Shown in pieces: positions 1-10,065 of a DNA stretch of 64,000 nucleotides. Position 1 is the stretch's first letter. Each line of letters opens with the position of its first letter. The notes beneath the pieces are model-generated. The model did not search any database. It saw nothing but the letters and a program-made list of their open reading frames with translations, and was not told the origin of the DNA. Made by a program: the position numbers and the translations under genes. This DNA is from Candidatus Woesebacteria bacterium (GTDB taxonomy: Bacteria > Patescibacteriota > Microgenomatia > UBA1400 > PJMF01): contig JASFHL010000002.1 in assembly GCA_050123235.1 (NCBI GenBank), positions 79,326 to 143,325 on the forward strand, written 5' to 3'.

Positions 1-381
1 AAAAAATTTTCTCAGGCCAAAGTTTTTCAGTTCAAACTTAGCAGAATTCTATTTACTTGGCTTGATTCTTTAAATCCCCAAAAAAAACAGAAAAAAAAGC
101 AGCTGGAATTATTACAACAGACTACGCAATATGACGACGAATGGATTTGTTTTTCTATGCTTATTCGCCAAATTAGATTAATGATTCAGGCTAAAGAGGG
201 AGCTAAGATTAAAGGAGCGCCTTTTATGATTACCAAACTTAAAAAACAAGCTCAAGCTTTTTCCTTGACTAAGCTCATTCAGATTCATAAACAATTATTA
301 AAAATTGATTTAGCTCATAAAAGTTCAAACAATTATTTAGACTTAGCTCAAGATTTAAACATACTAACATTGAATTTATGA
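1..381 (+). CDS. C-terminal fragment of a gene running in from the left edge; weakly resembles the DNA polymerase III delta subunit (HolA) C-terminus
   Basis: Frame 1 is open from nt 1 to the stop at 379-381. The helical, K/Q/L-rich tail (…IRQIRLMIQAKEGAKIKG…) is reminiscent of the HolA C-terminal domain. Judged by eye only. Confidence 0.3.
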   Translation, partial: KKFSQAKVFQFKLSRILFTWLDSLNPQKKQKKKQLELLQQTTQYDDEWICFSMLIRQIRLMIQAKEGAKIKGAPFMITKLKKQAQAFSLTKLIQIHKQLLKIDLAHKSSNNYLDLAQDLNILTLNL

Positions 382-429
382 TAAAGTTGGATTAGTCTAA
401 GCTTAAAACAAGTATCTCTTATTCTTTAA

Positions 430-457
430 TTGTCTTCGTATGAAAAAGTATGATAAT
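430..457 (+). promoter_or_regulatory. Candidate sigma70-like promoter for the phosphohexomutase gene
   Basis: -35 TTGTCT (430-435), a 16-nt spacer, then -10 GATAAT (452-457), about 115 nt upstream of the 570 start. Confidence 0.25.
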
Positions 458-484
458 ATCATTTTTGACACTAAATTGTGATAA

Positions 485-504
485 TAGTTAATTTAAATTA
501 ACTA
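485..504. promoter_or_regulatory. Perfect 20-bp palindrome TAGTTAATTTAAATTAACTA, a possible operator or 5' hairpin
   Basis: Exact reverse-complement symmetry read directly. It lies between the candidate promoter and the 570 start codon. Confidence 0.3.
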
Positions 505-569
505 TTTACCAAACAGAAACTAAAAAAAGCTGGAATTATTAAATTCTTAGAAAAATAAAGAAAGGTCTT

Positions 570-1991
570 ATGTATAAAATAGTCCCAAAAATGAATCCTC
601 ACATTTTTCGCGGTTATGATTTGCGTGGCGTGGCTGATGTAGATTTAAGTGAAGACGTTTACTATACTCTAGGACGAGCTTATGCTACTTTTCTCCATCA
701 AAGAAGAATCAAAGAAGCAACTGTAGGCAGGGACAATCGACTCACTGGCCCGGCATACTCCAAAGCTTTTATCAAAGGCCTTAATGATGGAGGAATTGAT
801 ACTGTTGATATTGGCCTTAGTCTCAGTCAAATCACTTATTATTCCTCTTATGAATTCAAAACTAAAGGTAGTGCCATCATCACTGCTTCTCACAATCCTA
901 AAGAATACAATGGTCTCAAACTGGGAGTGGGCTACTCAGACACTATGATTACTGAAGAAATTCAGTATTTGCGAGAATTGGTTGAAAAGGGTAAATTTTG
1001 CAAAGGCAAAGGTAAAAACAGAAAACAAGATATTTTTCCAGCTTATAAAGCTGATATCTTGAAACATTTTGATCTTAAAAAGAAATGGAAAATAGTAGTA
1101 GATGGTTGTAACACCAACGCCGGTAAATTCTATCCTCCAATTTTCAGAGAAGCTGGTGGCACAGTCTTTAAACAAAATTGTGAACTAGATGGTAACTTTC
1201 CGCTAGGTGTACCAGATCCTACGGAGATAGAAGTTTTAGAAAGATTGGCAGAGGGTGTTAAAAAGCATAAAGCTGACATTGGTTTTGCCTATGACAGTGA
1301 CGGAGACAGAATGGCTGTGGTTGATGAAAAGGGGCAAGTTTTGTGGATGGATACCATTGTGGCCTTATTTGCTAAAGACATCTTAGATTTCATGCCTGGT
1401 AGCCCAATTGTTTATAACACCCTTTGTTCTAGACAGGTGACGGAAGCTATCGAAGACGGAGGTGGTGAAGCTGTGATGTGGATGACCGGACATTCGTTTA
1501 TTAAAGCTAAAGTTAAAGAAGTTAGATCTCCTTTTGGAGGAGAACTTTCTGGTCATATTTTCTTTATGGATAATTTTTATGGGCATGATGACGGAGCTTA
1601 TGCTAGTTTGAGGTTACTGCAATATCTAGAAAGAAAAAAGATGACTCTTAGTCAAGCTGTTAATCAACTTAGTCATTACGTAAGTAGCCCAGAAATTAAA
1701 CTTGGCTTAGCTGATGCAATCAAATTTAAATTCATTGATAGCAAAATCAGAGCTGAATTTAAAAAACAATGGCCAAATGCTAAATTTGTAGATATCGATG
1801 GCATCAGAATGGATACTAGAAATGAGATGGCTATTGTTAGAGCATCACAAAATGGGCCATATATCACTGTTAAGTTTGAAGGAAAAACTCAGGCCCAATA
1901 TGATAAAGTTAAAAAAATACTCAAAACTATTTTGAGTAAATATAAAGAAGTTGATTGGTCTACAGGTGTTAACACCCATTCCCTAGATTAA
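570..1991 (+). CDS. Phosphoglucomutase/phosphomannomutase (alpha-D-phosphohexomutase family)
   Basis: Active-site serine loop TASHNP, a metal-binding DGDGDR-like motif (DSDGDR) and a GGELSGH sugar-binding loop. The true start may be M at 591 (MNPHIFRGYDLRG). Confidence 0.85.
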   Translation: MYKIVPKMNPHIFRGYDLRGVADVDLSEDVYYTLGRAYATFLHQRRIKEATVGRDNRLTGPAYSKAFIKGLNDGGIDTVDIGLSLSQITYYSSYEFKTKGSAIITASHNPKEYNGLKLGVGYSDTMITEEIQYLRELVEKGKFCKGKGKNRKQDIFPAYKADILKHFDLKKKWKIVVDGCNTNAGKFYPPIFREAGGTVFKQNCELDGNFPLGVPDPTEIEVLERLAEGVKKHKADIGFAYDSDGDRMAVVDEKGQVLWMDTIVALFAKDILDFMPGSPIVYNTLCSRQVTEAIEDGGGEAVMWMTGHSFIKAKVKEVRSPFGGELSGHIFFMDNFYGHDDGAYASLRLLQYLERKKMTLSQAVNQLSHYVSSPEIKLGLADAIKFKFIDSKIRAEFKKQWPNAKFVDIDGIRMDTRNEMAIVRASQNGPYITVKFEGKTQAQYDKVKKILKTILSKYKEVDWSTGVNTHSLD

Positions 1992-1994
1992 ATC

Positions 1995-2510
1995 ATGCAT
2001 AAATTTTATACTCAAAATTACAAATTCTGCCCCAGATGCAAGAATAAGTTAGTGAAGGAGGAAGGGGCACTACGTTGTTATCAATGTGGTTTTGTGGTCT
2101 ATAGTAATCCAGCTGCAGCGGTAGTAGTTATTGTTATTCAAGATAAAAAAATCTTGCTGGCTAAAAGAGCAATTGAACCTCTAAAAGACTACTGGGATAA
2201 TCCTGGTGGTTTTGTTGATTTTAGTGAAAACATAGAAGATACAGTTATTAGGGAAGTCAAAGAGGAGACTAATCTCACTGTAGCAATTGAAAAATATTTA
2301 AGCTCTGAGCCAGATCAATATGGCCCAGAGGGCGCTCCTGTGATAAATTTATTTTATTATGCAAAAATTTTATCAGGTGAAATGAAAGCATTAGATGATG
2401 TGGCAGAACTAAAATGGTTTTCATTAGATGAAACTCCAAAAAAGCTAGCTTTTAAGAATACCAAGCGTTCTATTCAATTTGCAAAAAAAATAATCAATGA
2501 AAAAAAGTAA
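1995..2510 (+). CDS. NUDIX hydrolase with an N-terminal zinc ribbon
   Basis: CPRC…CYQCG zinc ribbon, then a Nudix box GGFVDFSENIEDTVIREVKEETNL (GX5EX7REUXEEXGU pattern). Confidence 0.8.
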   Translation: MHKFYTQNYKFCPRCKNKLVKEEGALRCYQCGFVVYSNPAAAVVVIVIQDKKILLAKRAIEPLKDYWDNPGGFVDFSENIEDTVIREVKEETNLTVAIEKYLSSEPDQYGPEGAPVINLFYYAKILSGEMKALDDVAELKWFSLDETPKKLAFKNTKRSIQFAKKIINEKK

Positions 2511-3273
2511 ATATTTGGAAACTGCTATCAAAGCTGCCAAGGAAGCGGAGAAAATCATTCTTAAATACTATAAAAAGAAAAATAGGATTTCACTAAAAAA
2601 GGATTTATCTCCTGTCAGCATTGCCGATCAAAAAGCTGAAGAAGCAATTATCAAGACAATTAGAGCAGTCTTTCCTGAGCATAATATCTTGGGAGAAGAG
2701 GGAGGCGATAGAAAAAAACAATCTGAATTTACTTGGATTATTGACCCGATTGATGGAACTAAAAGTTACTTGCGTCACATTCCACTTTTTGCAACAGAAA
2801 TTGCTTTGATGAAGAGTGAAGAAATCATCGTTGGAGTATCTAATGCTCCTGCTTTGAAAGAATTCCTTTATGCAGAAAAAGGGAAAGGAGCTTTTTGTAA
2901 TGATAAAAAAATTTTAGTTTCTAATATTGATAAATTATTTGAAGCGTATTTTAGTTTTGGCGGCTTAAAATATTTTAAAAGGGCTGACTTAATCTCTCAA
3001 CTTGTATCGTTATCTAAGAGCAATCGTGGCTTTAGAGGCATTGGTGAATTTTGGAGTTATCATCTATTAGCACAAGGTAAAATAGATGTGATGATTGAAG
3101 CCTGTGGCACTAAGATATGGGATTTTGCTGCTCTGACTCTTATTGTTAAGGAAGCTGGTGGTAAAGTAACAGATATCAATGGCAATGATATTAATATTAA
3201 AACCGACTCTATTATCGCTACTAATGGTAAATTACATCAAAAAATAGTTGATCGTTTCAAAAAAATAAACTAA
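2497..3273 (+). CDS. Inositol monophosphatase family protein (SuhB/IMPase-like)
   Basis: WIIDPIDGTKSY motif (DPIDGT) together with an EEGG metal-binding motif. Confidence 0.8.
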   Translation: MKKSKYLETAIKAAKEAEKIILKYYKKKNRISLKKDLSPVSIADQKAEEAIIKTIRAVFPEHNILGEEGGDRKKQSEFTWIIDPIDGTKSYLRHIPLFATEIALMKSEEIIVGVSNAPALKEFLYAEKGKGAFCNDKKILVSNIDKLFEAYFSFGGLKYFKRADLISQLVSLSKSNRGFRGIGEFWSYHLLAQGKIDVMIEACGTKIWDFAALTLIVKEAGGKVTDINGNDINIKTDSIIATNGKLHQKIVDRFKKIN

Positions 3274-3280
3274 GAACAAA

Positions 3281-4423
3281 ATGATTCCAAAAATAACAAC
3301 TAAATTAGATAGAATACTTAATATGAAAAAACAAAGCAGTAAAAAAATCAATAAATCTATTCTTGATAGTCGTCAGGCAATCGCTAAGATCGACAAATCA
3401 AATGTCTTAGGTTCAGTTGAAGCTTTAGCTGATCAAATAAAACATATCTGGGAAATCGCTGATCAGAGTTTAAGCTTTAAAAGTAAAAACGAAATAGAAA
3501 ATGTAGTAGTGACTGGCATGGGTGGCTCTGCACTAGGGCCAGATGTAGTTAAGTATCTTTTTAAGGAAAAATTAGATCTTCCCTTTGAAGTAGTCAATAG
3601 TTATACCCTTCCTAATTATGTCAATCAACACAGTTTGGTCATCCTTTCGAGCTATTCAGGCACTACTGAAGAGGTCTTAGCTTGTAGCAAAGAAGTAGAG
3701 AAAAAAAATGCCCAAGTCATGGTCATTACTGCTGGTGGTGAATTAAAAAAAATAGCTGAAAAAAAAAGTTATCCCTTATTATTGATCGATCCTAAATACA
3801 ACCCTTGTGGAGAACCAAGAATGGCTATCGGCTATGCTATTTTTGGAATGATTGCTCTTCTTAGTAAAGCAGGCATTATCCAAATCTCAGAAGATGAGAC
3901 CAAAGAAGTGATTACCACTATTATTAGTGTCATAGAAAAATGCAAAGTAGAAGTTGAAGCTGAAAAAAACCAAGCTAAAACTTTGGCTTTTGCCCTTTAT
4001 GATAAAAGACCTATTTTTGTAGCAAGTGAATTTCTTACAGGAGCTGCGCATGTTGCTGCCAATCAATCCAACGAAAATGCCAAAGCTTTTGCTGACTACA
4101 AAATTATTCCTGAAATTAACCACCATCTCATGGAAGGTCTACACTTCCCTAAAAGTAATACCTACAGCCATTTATTTATTTTTTTCAATTCATCACTTTA
4201 TAATCCTAGAAACCAAAAAAGAATGAAACTAACTCAAAGGGTAGTAGAAAAAAATCAGATAGAAACTTTAAGTATCAAACTTGAAAGTGAGAGCAAAATT
4301 ACCCAAGTTTTTGAATTAATCACTCTCACAGCCTACAGTATCTTTTATTTATCCATGCTCGAAAACGTCAACCCGGATGCTATTCCTTATGTAGATTGGT
4401 TTAAAGCTCAGATGAAAAAATAA
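3281..4423 (+). CDS. Bifunctional phosphoglucose/phosphomannose isomerase (SIS domain)
   Basis: SIS-domain glycine loop VVVTGMGGSALG and a second SIS-like segment, in the length range of archaeal/bacterial PGI/PMI proteins. It sits in a sugar-phosphate gene cluster. Confidence 0.65.
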   Translation: MIPKITTKLDRILNMKKQSSKKINKSILDSRQAIAKIDKSNVLGSVEALADQIKHIWEIADQSLSFKSKNEIENVVVTGMGGSALGPDVVKYLFKEKLDLPFEVVNSYTLPNYVNQHSLVILSSYSGTTEEVLACSKEVEKKNAQVMVITAGGELKKIAEKKSYPLLLIDPKYNPCGEPRMAIGYAIFGMIALLSKAGIIQISEDETKEVITTIISVIEKCKVEVEAEKNQAKTLAFALYDKRPIFVASEFLTGAAHVAANQSNENAKAFADYKIIPEINHHLMEGLHFPKSNTYSHLFIFFNSSLYNPRNQKRMKLTQRVVEKNQIETLSIKLESESKITQVFELITLTAYSIFYLSMLENVNPDAIPYVDWFKAQMKK

Positions 4424-4465
4424 ATTGATTGCATTCAACTTCAAGATACGCTAACATGAATAGTA

Positions 4466-6676
4466 GTGCAAATTCCCACTATTATCAAAGTCCAGGATTT
4501 TCATAGTTATCCCCAGTCTGCCATTGGGCAACTAGCTTTAGTCAAACAAAAACTAAATAAAAACCAAATTCCTTTAGCCCCTACTTTCTGTATTCCCATT
4601 AATACTCTTGAAAAAATAGCAAAGTATAATCAGTTGCCAGCAAAAATTCTTGATTTGCAAACTAGAATCAAAATAGATGATCAAGCTATGCTTGATCGTT
4701 TACTAAAAAAAGTAAAAACTTTAATCACTTATCAAAAATTACCAAAAAGAATTAGTCTACAACTACTGAAATTTCATGACCTAGAAATAAAGAACAACTT
4801 TTTAAACATTTATCCTAGTTATATTAAGCAAGAAATAAATCGTGAAAAATTAGTTCATAAAAACATTATTGGCGAGAGCAATATGCTTGACTCAATTCTC
4901 AATCTTTGGGCTGAATCTCTTACTCAAAAAGATTTGGAAAAAAATAACATTTTTCCTGCAGCTATCATTTTAGAAATTAAATTCCAAGCAAAGGTAGCTG
5001 GCTTAGCTTATACTCTCAATCCACAAAATGCTAATAAAAGGCAGATTTTGATTAAATCAATTTGGGGTAATTTTCATCATTCTATCTTAGAAAATGAAGG
5101 TGACAGTTTTGTCTTGGACCAAAATAATTGGGAAATTATTTACAAAAATATCAAACAACAATTTTTTTATACAGAGCGAATTAGTGATAGACTTGAAGAA
5201 AAAAAATTAAAAAAAGAAAAGCAAAAAATAAGTTCTTTAACAGATGTTGAAGCTATTAATTTAGCTCAAATAGTACAAAAAATTAAACGACTCAATCTCA
5301 AACATCTAGTTATTAGCTGGTATAAAGCCAATCACAAATATTACATCTCAGATGTTCATTCCTATCAGCTGCAAACAAAGATTGAAGACTATTTACAATT
5401 GCCCATTGCTTTGGGCAAAACTATCAACCACGGTTTGATTATCGGCCAAGCTAAGTTTATAGACAAAGCATCAGCACTCAATGATATCAAAACTGACGAT
5501 ATTATTATCTTAGAAAAACTTGATCACAGCTTTCTAAACCAGTTAAGCAAGACAGCTGCCATAATTTGTGAAACAGGCATCAGCACACCTAGTATCTTGC
5601 AAGCTATTAAACAAGCTCAAATACCTTGCCTAACTCAAGTTAAATCAGCTAGAAAAAAAATCAGCAATGGCATGAAAATTCTACTTGATGCTAACCATGG
5701 CAAAGTTTTTCCTCACAAATATCCTTTCAAAGAGGAAAAGCAACAGCAACAACCTTTACTTAATGAATTTTCTAAACAAACAAATCTTAAACTCTATTTA
5801 TCAGCGTCGGTAACTGAATTAGATAAGCTAGATCAGTTGGCTGATGGAATTGGCTTATTAAAAAGTGAAAGCTTGTTTCTTCAAACAGGGGAGCATCCTC
5901 TACATTTAATTAGAAAATGTAGAGAAGATCAAATTAAAAAAACTTTTATTAATCAAATCAAAACTCTGGCTACTAAAATAACTCAAAGGGATTATCCTGT
6001 AATTTATCGTATCCAAACTTTAAACAGCCAAGAATTAAATTCTCTCAAACATGCTGATAATTTTGAAGTAAAAGAAGATAATCCTCACTTAGGTCTGAGA
6101 GGTAGTATCAAAACTGTTCATAATTTTGAAATTTTTGATTTTGAACTTGATCTAATTAGAGAGGCTCAAAAAATCTTACCCCAAATTAAAATTATGCTTG
6201 CTTTTGTTAGAACAGCTGCTGAATTGCAGTTAATTTTAAAGCACGTGCAGCATTCTTCAAAAGATAAGTATAGACAAATCCCAATTTGTCTGGAAATTGA
6301 TACCATTGAAAATATTTTAAATCTCAAATACTATTTACGGCAAAAATTAGCTGCTATTTCTATCAACGTGGAAGAGATAAACGCTTTAATTTATGGCATT
6401 GATCCCTGTAATCATGAAATTAAAAAATTTTATCCAATTGATATCCCCTTACTAGAAACACTCTTGCTTGAAATCGCTCAAGCTAAAAAAGAAGTCTTAG
6501 AAATGACTGATCAGCGAATTCCTGAAATTTATTTACATTTACCAGAAGCAAATGCCGAATTGATCGATATTGCTAGTAAACTAAATTTCACTGCTATCAC
6601 TATCGAGAGCAAGTTTTCAAGTTCAGCAAAAAAGTGTATTATTGAAATAGAGGAATTTACTAAAAAAAATAGTTGA
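4466..6676 (+). CDS. PEP-utilizing enzyme family protein (PEP synthase / pyruvate phosphate dikinase-like, divergent)
   Basis: C-terminal TIM-barrel signature NPHLGLRGS (compare NPxLGxRGxR of PEPS/PPDK/EI). The central segment IILEKLDHSFLNQLSKTAAIICETGISTPSILQAIKQAQIPCL aligns to the mobile phospho-His domain (…TExGGRTSHAAIxARExGIPxVVG). It lies between PGI and enolase. Confidence 0.55.
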   Translation: MQIPTIIKVQDFHSYPQSAIGQLALVKQKLNKNQIPLAPTFCIPINTLEKIAKYNQLPAKILDLQTRIKIDDQAMLDRLLKKVKTLITYQKLPKRISLQLLKFHDLEIKNNFLNIYPSYIKQEINREKLVHKNIIGESNMLDSILNLWAESLTQKDLEKNNIFPAAIILEIKFQAKVAGLAYTLNPQNANKRQILIKSIWGNFHHSILENEGDSFVLDQNNWEIIYKNIKQQFFYTERISDRLEEKKLKKEKQKISSLTDVEAINLAQIVQKIKRLNLKHLVISWYKANHKYYISDVHSYQLQTKIEDYLQLPIALGKTINHGLIIGQAKFIDKASALNDIKTDDIIILEKLDHSFLNQLSKTAAIICETGISTPSILQAIKQAQIPCLTQVKSARKKISNGMKILLDANHGKVFPHKYPFKEEKQQQQPLLNEFSKQTNLKLYLSASVTELDKLDQLADGIGLLKSESLFLQTGEHPLHLIRKCREDQIKKTFINQIKTLATKITQRDYPVIYRIQTLNSQELNSLKHADNFEVKEDNPHLGLRGSIKTVHNFEIFDFELDLIREAQKILPQIKIMLAFVRTAAELQLILKHVQHSSKDKYRQIPICLEIDTIENILNLKYYLRQKLAAISINVEEINALIYGIDPCNHEIKKFYPIDIPLLETLLLEIAQAKKEVLEMTDQRIPEIYLHLPEANAELIDIASKLNFTAITIESKFSSSAKKCIIEIEEFTKKNS

Positions 6677-6742
6677 TAATCTTAATCACTGTTGATTAAG
6701 GAGATTTTGTCTTCTAACAAGTTTAAAAAAAGAAAGTTAATT

Positions 6743-8047
6743 ATGTCTAAAATTCAAACTATTCAAGCCAGAGAGATTATGGATTCGAGAGGTCTCCCTA
6801 CTGTTGAAGTAAGTTTGTGGTTGGAAAATGGGCAATCAGTTACTACTAGTGTGCCAAGTGGTACATCAAAAGGGAAAGATGAAGCCCTAGAATTAAGAGA
6901 TGAAGATCCAGAAAGAATGTTTGGGCAAGGTGTGCTTAAAGCTGTAGAAAATGTAAATAAGGTTCTAGGTCCAAAAATAATTGGTATGGATCCTACTCAA
7001 CAGTTAGAAATTGACCAATTAATGATTAATCTTGACGGTAGTAAAAATAAAAATCAACTAGGAGCAAATGCTATTTTAGCTGTTTCTCAAGCTGTATTAA
7101 AAGCTGGAGCCTTGGCTAGTAATTTACCAGTCTACAGCTATGTACAACAAAAATATCAACTCACAACTGAGCTAGCTATTCCTAATTGTATCTACAGTGT
7201 GGTTAATGGAGGTGAGCATGGAGCTGATAATCTTGATATTCAAGAATTCCAAGTCATAGTTGCCAGTAATTATGATTTCCCAACAGCTTTAGGCATAGTT
7301 GCTACTTTTCAAAAAAAACTAGAAGAAGTGCTAATTATTAAAGGAGCAATTCATTCAGTTGGTCTGTTAGGAGGCTTTACCCCTAATCTTTACAATAACA
7401 CTGACGTATTCGAAATATTAATCGAGACAAGCAAAACTACTGCTTATAAATTCGCCCAAGACATTTTTTTTGGAATTGACGCTTCGGCTTCATCATTCTT
7501 CAGCCACAATAAATATACTTTAAAGGATAAACCTCAACCATATTCTGCTGCTGAATTACTAGAATATTATAAAAATATCAGAAACACTTACAAAGTAATT
7601 TATATTGAAGATCCATTCCAAGAGGATGACAAACAGAGTTGGCAAAATATTACTAATGAAATGGGTGAAACCACCAAAATTGCCGGTGATAGTTTTTTGG
7701 TCACTAATAAAGAAAAAATTGATCAAGCAATCAAAGATAAAAGTTGCAATACCTTAGTAGCCAAACCAAACCAAATTGGTAGCATTAGTGAAACAATAGA
7801 TGTGATCAGTATAGCTAAACAAGCAGGTTGGCAAGTAGCAATATCCCATCGCAGTGGTGAGACTACTGATGATTTAATCGCAGATCTAGCAGTTGGAGTA
7901 GGAGCTGATTTTAGTAAATTTGGACCAATTAACAGAGGAGAAAGAACAGTCAAATATAACCGCTTATTAAAAATTTATCAAGATATTGCTCCTCAAAAAC
8001 AGCCCAATCAAAGTGACTCCCTTCAAAATAATAATGCTCAAACATAA
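6743..8047 (+). CDS. eno: Enolase (phosphopyruvate hydratase)
   Basis: Canonical N-terminus MSKIQTIQAREIMDSRGLPTVEV and active-site region SHRSGETTDDLIADLAV. The track ORF starts at 6692, but the conserved enolase start is M at 6743. Confidence 0.9.
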   Translation: MSKIQTIQAREIMDSRGLPTVEVSLWLENGQSVTTSVPSGTSKGKDEALELRDEDPERMFGQGVLKAVENVNKVLGPKIIGMDPTQQLEIDQLMINLDGSKNKNQLGANAILAVSQAVLKAGALASNLPVYSYVQQKYQLTTELAIPNCIYSVVNGGEHGADNLDIQEFQVIVASNYDFPTALGIVATFQKKLEEVLIIKGAIHSVGLLGGFTPNLYNNTDVFEILIETSKTTAYKFAQDIFFGIDASASSFFSHNKYTLKDKPQPYSAAELLEYYKNIRNTYKVIYIEDPFQEDDKQSWQNITNEMGETTKIAGDSFLVTNKEKIDQAIKDKSCNTLVAKPNQIGSISETIDVISIAKQAGWQVAISHRSGETTDDLIADLAVGVGADFSKFGPINRGERTVKYNRLLKIYQDIAPQKQPNQSDSLQNNNAQT

Positions 8048-8084
8048 AAATAAACTTAATACTAGTTAATCATTTTTTTAGCTT

Positions 8085-10010
8085 ATGTTAAAAGGCCTGC
8101 TCTCAAAAATTCTTCCGTTTCTAAGTCCAAAACAAAGCACTGCTCCTGATACTGTTGGACAAACACAAGAAGTTGCTAGGCAAACTCCGGTACAAGAGCC
8201 AGTAACTGCTCCGGCTCCTCCTCCTACCCCACAAATTGATACTAGTACCATTACTGTCCCACAAAATTATCAGACTCAATCATCAAGCAATCAAAGCACA
8301 CTGACCGTTGATTCTAAGCTTCAAGCAAAATTTAGCTCGCAACCATTTAATGAAACTGTCTCCAGACAACCCTATCAAGGTCCTAAACCAATGGTGGTAT
8401 TAGTTCTAGATGGTTGGGGAATTGGACCCGACTATGCTGGTAATGCCATCACCTTAGCCAAAACTCCAAACCTTGATAATTTTTGGATTTCTTTTCCGCA
8501 CACTCAACTTACTGCTAGTGGGCAAGCAGTTGGCTTACCTGAAGGAGAAGATGGAAATACTGAAACTGGCCATCTTAATATTGGCGCTGGCACCATTGTC
8601 TATCAAGAATTACCTAGAATTAATAATTCCATCAGACAAGGAGATTTTAACAAAAACCAAGCTTTTCATAATGCTTTTAATCATGTTAGGCAACATAATT
8701 CCAATCTTCATTTATTTGGCCTAATTGGCACTGGCAATGTTCATGCTAATATAGAACATCTTTTTGCTTTACTTGAACTTTGTCGAAAAGAAAATATCAC
8801 TAATGTCTATATCCATACCTTTACTGATGGTAGAGATTCTCCTCCCACCGATGGCATCAGTTATTTAAAACAAATTCAAAATAAGTGTAATAAATTGGGG
8901 ATTGGGAAAATTGCCACTATTATGGGGAGATTTTATGCTATGGATAGAGATAAAAAATGGGATCGTATTGAAAAAGCATATGATGCTATGGTAGTTGGTA
9001 CCAAAAATCAATTCTATGATCCAATAGAGGTATTACAAAAAAGTTATGATCAAAATGTTACTGATGAATTTATAGAACCTGCCAATATTCTTAATGAGGA
9101 TGGTTCATTGAGATTAGTAAAAGATAATGATGCTGTGATCTTTTTTAATTATCGAGTTGACAGACCGCGTGAGTTGACTAGAGCCTTTGTCATGCAAGAT
9201 TTTGAAGAAGGTGTCAAAAAGGAAGACTATGATCCTTTTTATGAAAAGTACCATAAAACAAGCTTGCAGGAGACAGAACACAAAGTAAGTTTAAAAACTT
9301 TTCAAAGAAAAAAGATCATTAATAACTTATTTTTTGTCACTATGACTACTTATGAAAATATTTTACCTTGCGATGTGGCTTTTGCGATGCAGGATATTCC
9401 TCATCATATAGGTAAAACTCTTTCTAACCATGGAATTAGACAGTTGCGAATAACTGAAACTGAAAAAGAAAAATTTGTTACTTCTTTTTTAAATGGCAAA
9501 ATAAAACAAGCTCATCCAGGAGAAGATTGGATAATTTATCCTTCAAAAGGAGTAAAATCCTATGATTCAGTGCCAGAAATGTCTGCCTTTGAAATAAGCA
9601 ATGAGATCATCAGACAAATGCAAACTAACACTTATGACATTATTATTGCCAATATTTGTAATGGTGACATGGTTGGTCATACTGGCAACCTAGAGGCAGC
9701 AATAAAAGCTTGCCAGATTGTAGACCAAGCGGTATCAAATATAGCTAAGGCTGTTCTAGCTAAAAACGGCTTATTAATTATTACTGCTGACCACGGTAAT
9801 GTAGAAGAAATGATTAATTTAGAAACTGGAGCAGTTGATACTAAGCATTCTACCTTCCCTGTGCCTTTTATTGTCATGGCTAATCAACTTAAAAATAATC
9901 CCCAGATGTTGCCAACTGGGATTTTAGCTGATATTTCACCAACTGTTTTAGGTCTCATGAATATCTCTAAACCTGAAGGTATGACTGGACGTAGTTTATA
10001 TAAATTTTAA
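8085..10010 (+). CDS. gpmI: 2,3-bisphosphoglycerate-independent phosphoglycerate mutase, with a roughly 100-aa Pro/Thr/Gln-rich N-terminal extension
   Basis: The iPGM core begins KPMVVLVLDGWGIG (8384 onward) and contains the TADHGN motif. The upstream 100 codons are low-complexity (PAPPPTPQIDTSTITVPQNYQTQSSSNQ). Confidence 0.8.
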   Translation: MLKGLLSKILPFLSPKQSTAPDTVGQTQEVARQTPVQEPVTAPAPPPTPQIDTSTITVPQNYQTQSSSNQSTLTVDSKLQAKFSSQPFNETVSRQPYQGPKPMVVLVLDGWGIGPDYAGNAITLAKTPNLDNFWISFPHTQLTASGQAVGLPEGEDGNTETGHLNIGAGTIVYQELPRINNSIRQGDFNKNQAFHNAFNHVRQHNSNLHLFGLIGTGNVHANIEHLFALLELCRKENITNVYIHTFTDGRDSPPTDGISYLKQIQNKCNKLGIGKIATIMGRFYAMDRDKKWDRIEKAYDAMVVGTKNQFYDPIEVLQKSYDQNVTDEFIEPANILNEDGSLRLVKDNDAVIFFNYRVDRPRELTRAFVMQDFEEGVKKEDYDPFYEKYHKTSLQETEHKVSLKTFQRKKIINNLFFVTMTTYENILPCDVAFAMQDIPHHIGKTLSNHGIRQLRITETEKEKFVTSFLNGKIKQAHPGEDWIIYPSKGVKSYDSVPEMSAFEISNEIIRQMQTNTYDIIIANICNGDMVGHTGNLEAAIKACQIVDQAVSNIAKAVLAKNGLLIITADHGNVEEMINLETGAVDTKHSTFPVPFIVMANQLKNNPQMLPTGILADISPTVLGLMNISKPEGMTGRSLYKF

Positions 10011-10050
10011 TTCCTCTTTTTTTCGGTTTTTTTTAAAATTGCCATATTTC

Positions 10051-10065
10051 TTATCAGTTTGATAA
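10051..10065. promoter_or_regulatory. Inverted repeat TTATCA-N3-TGATAA upstream of lexA, a candidate LexA operator
   Basis: Perfect 6-3-6 palindrome about 90 nt upstream of the lexA start. LexA autoregulation is well established, but this box matches no known LexA consensus. Confidence 0.25.
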
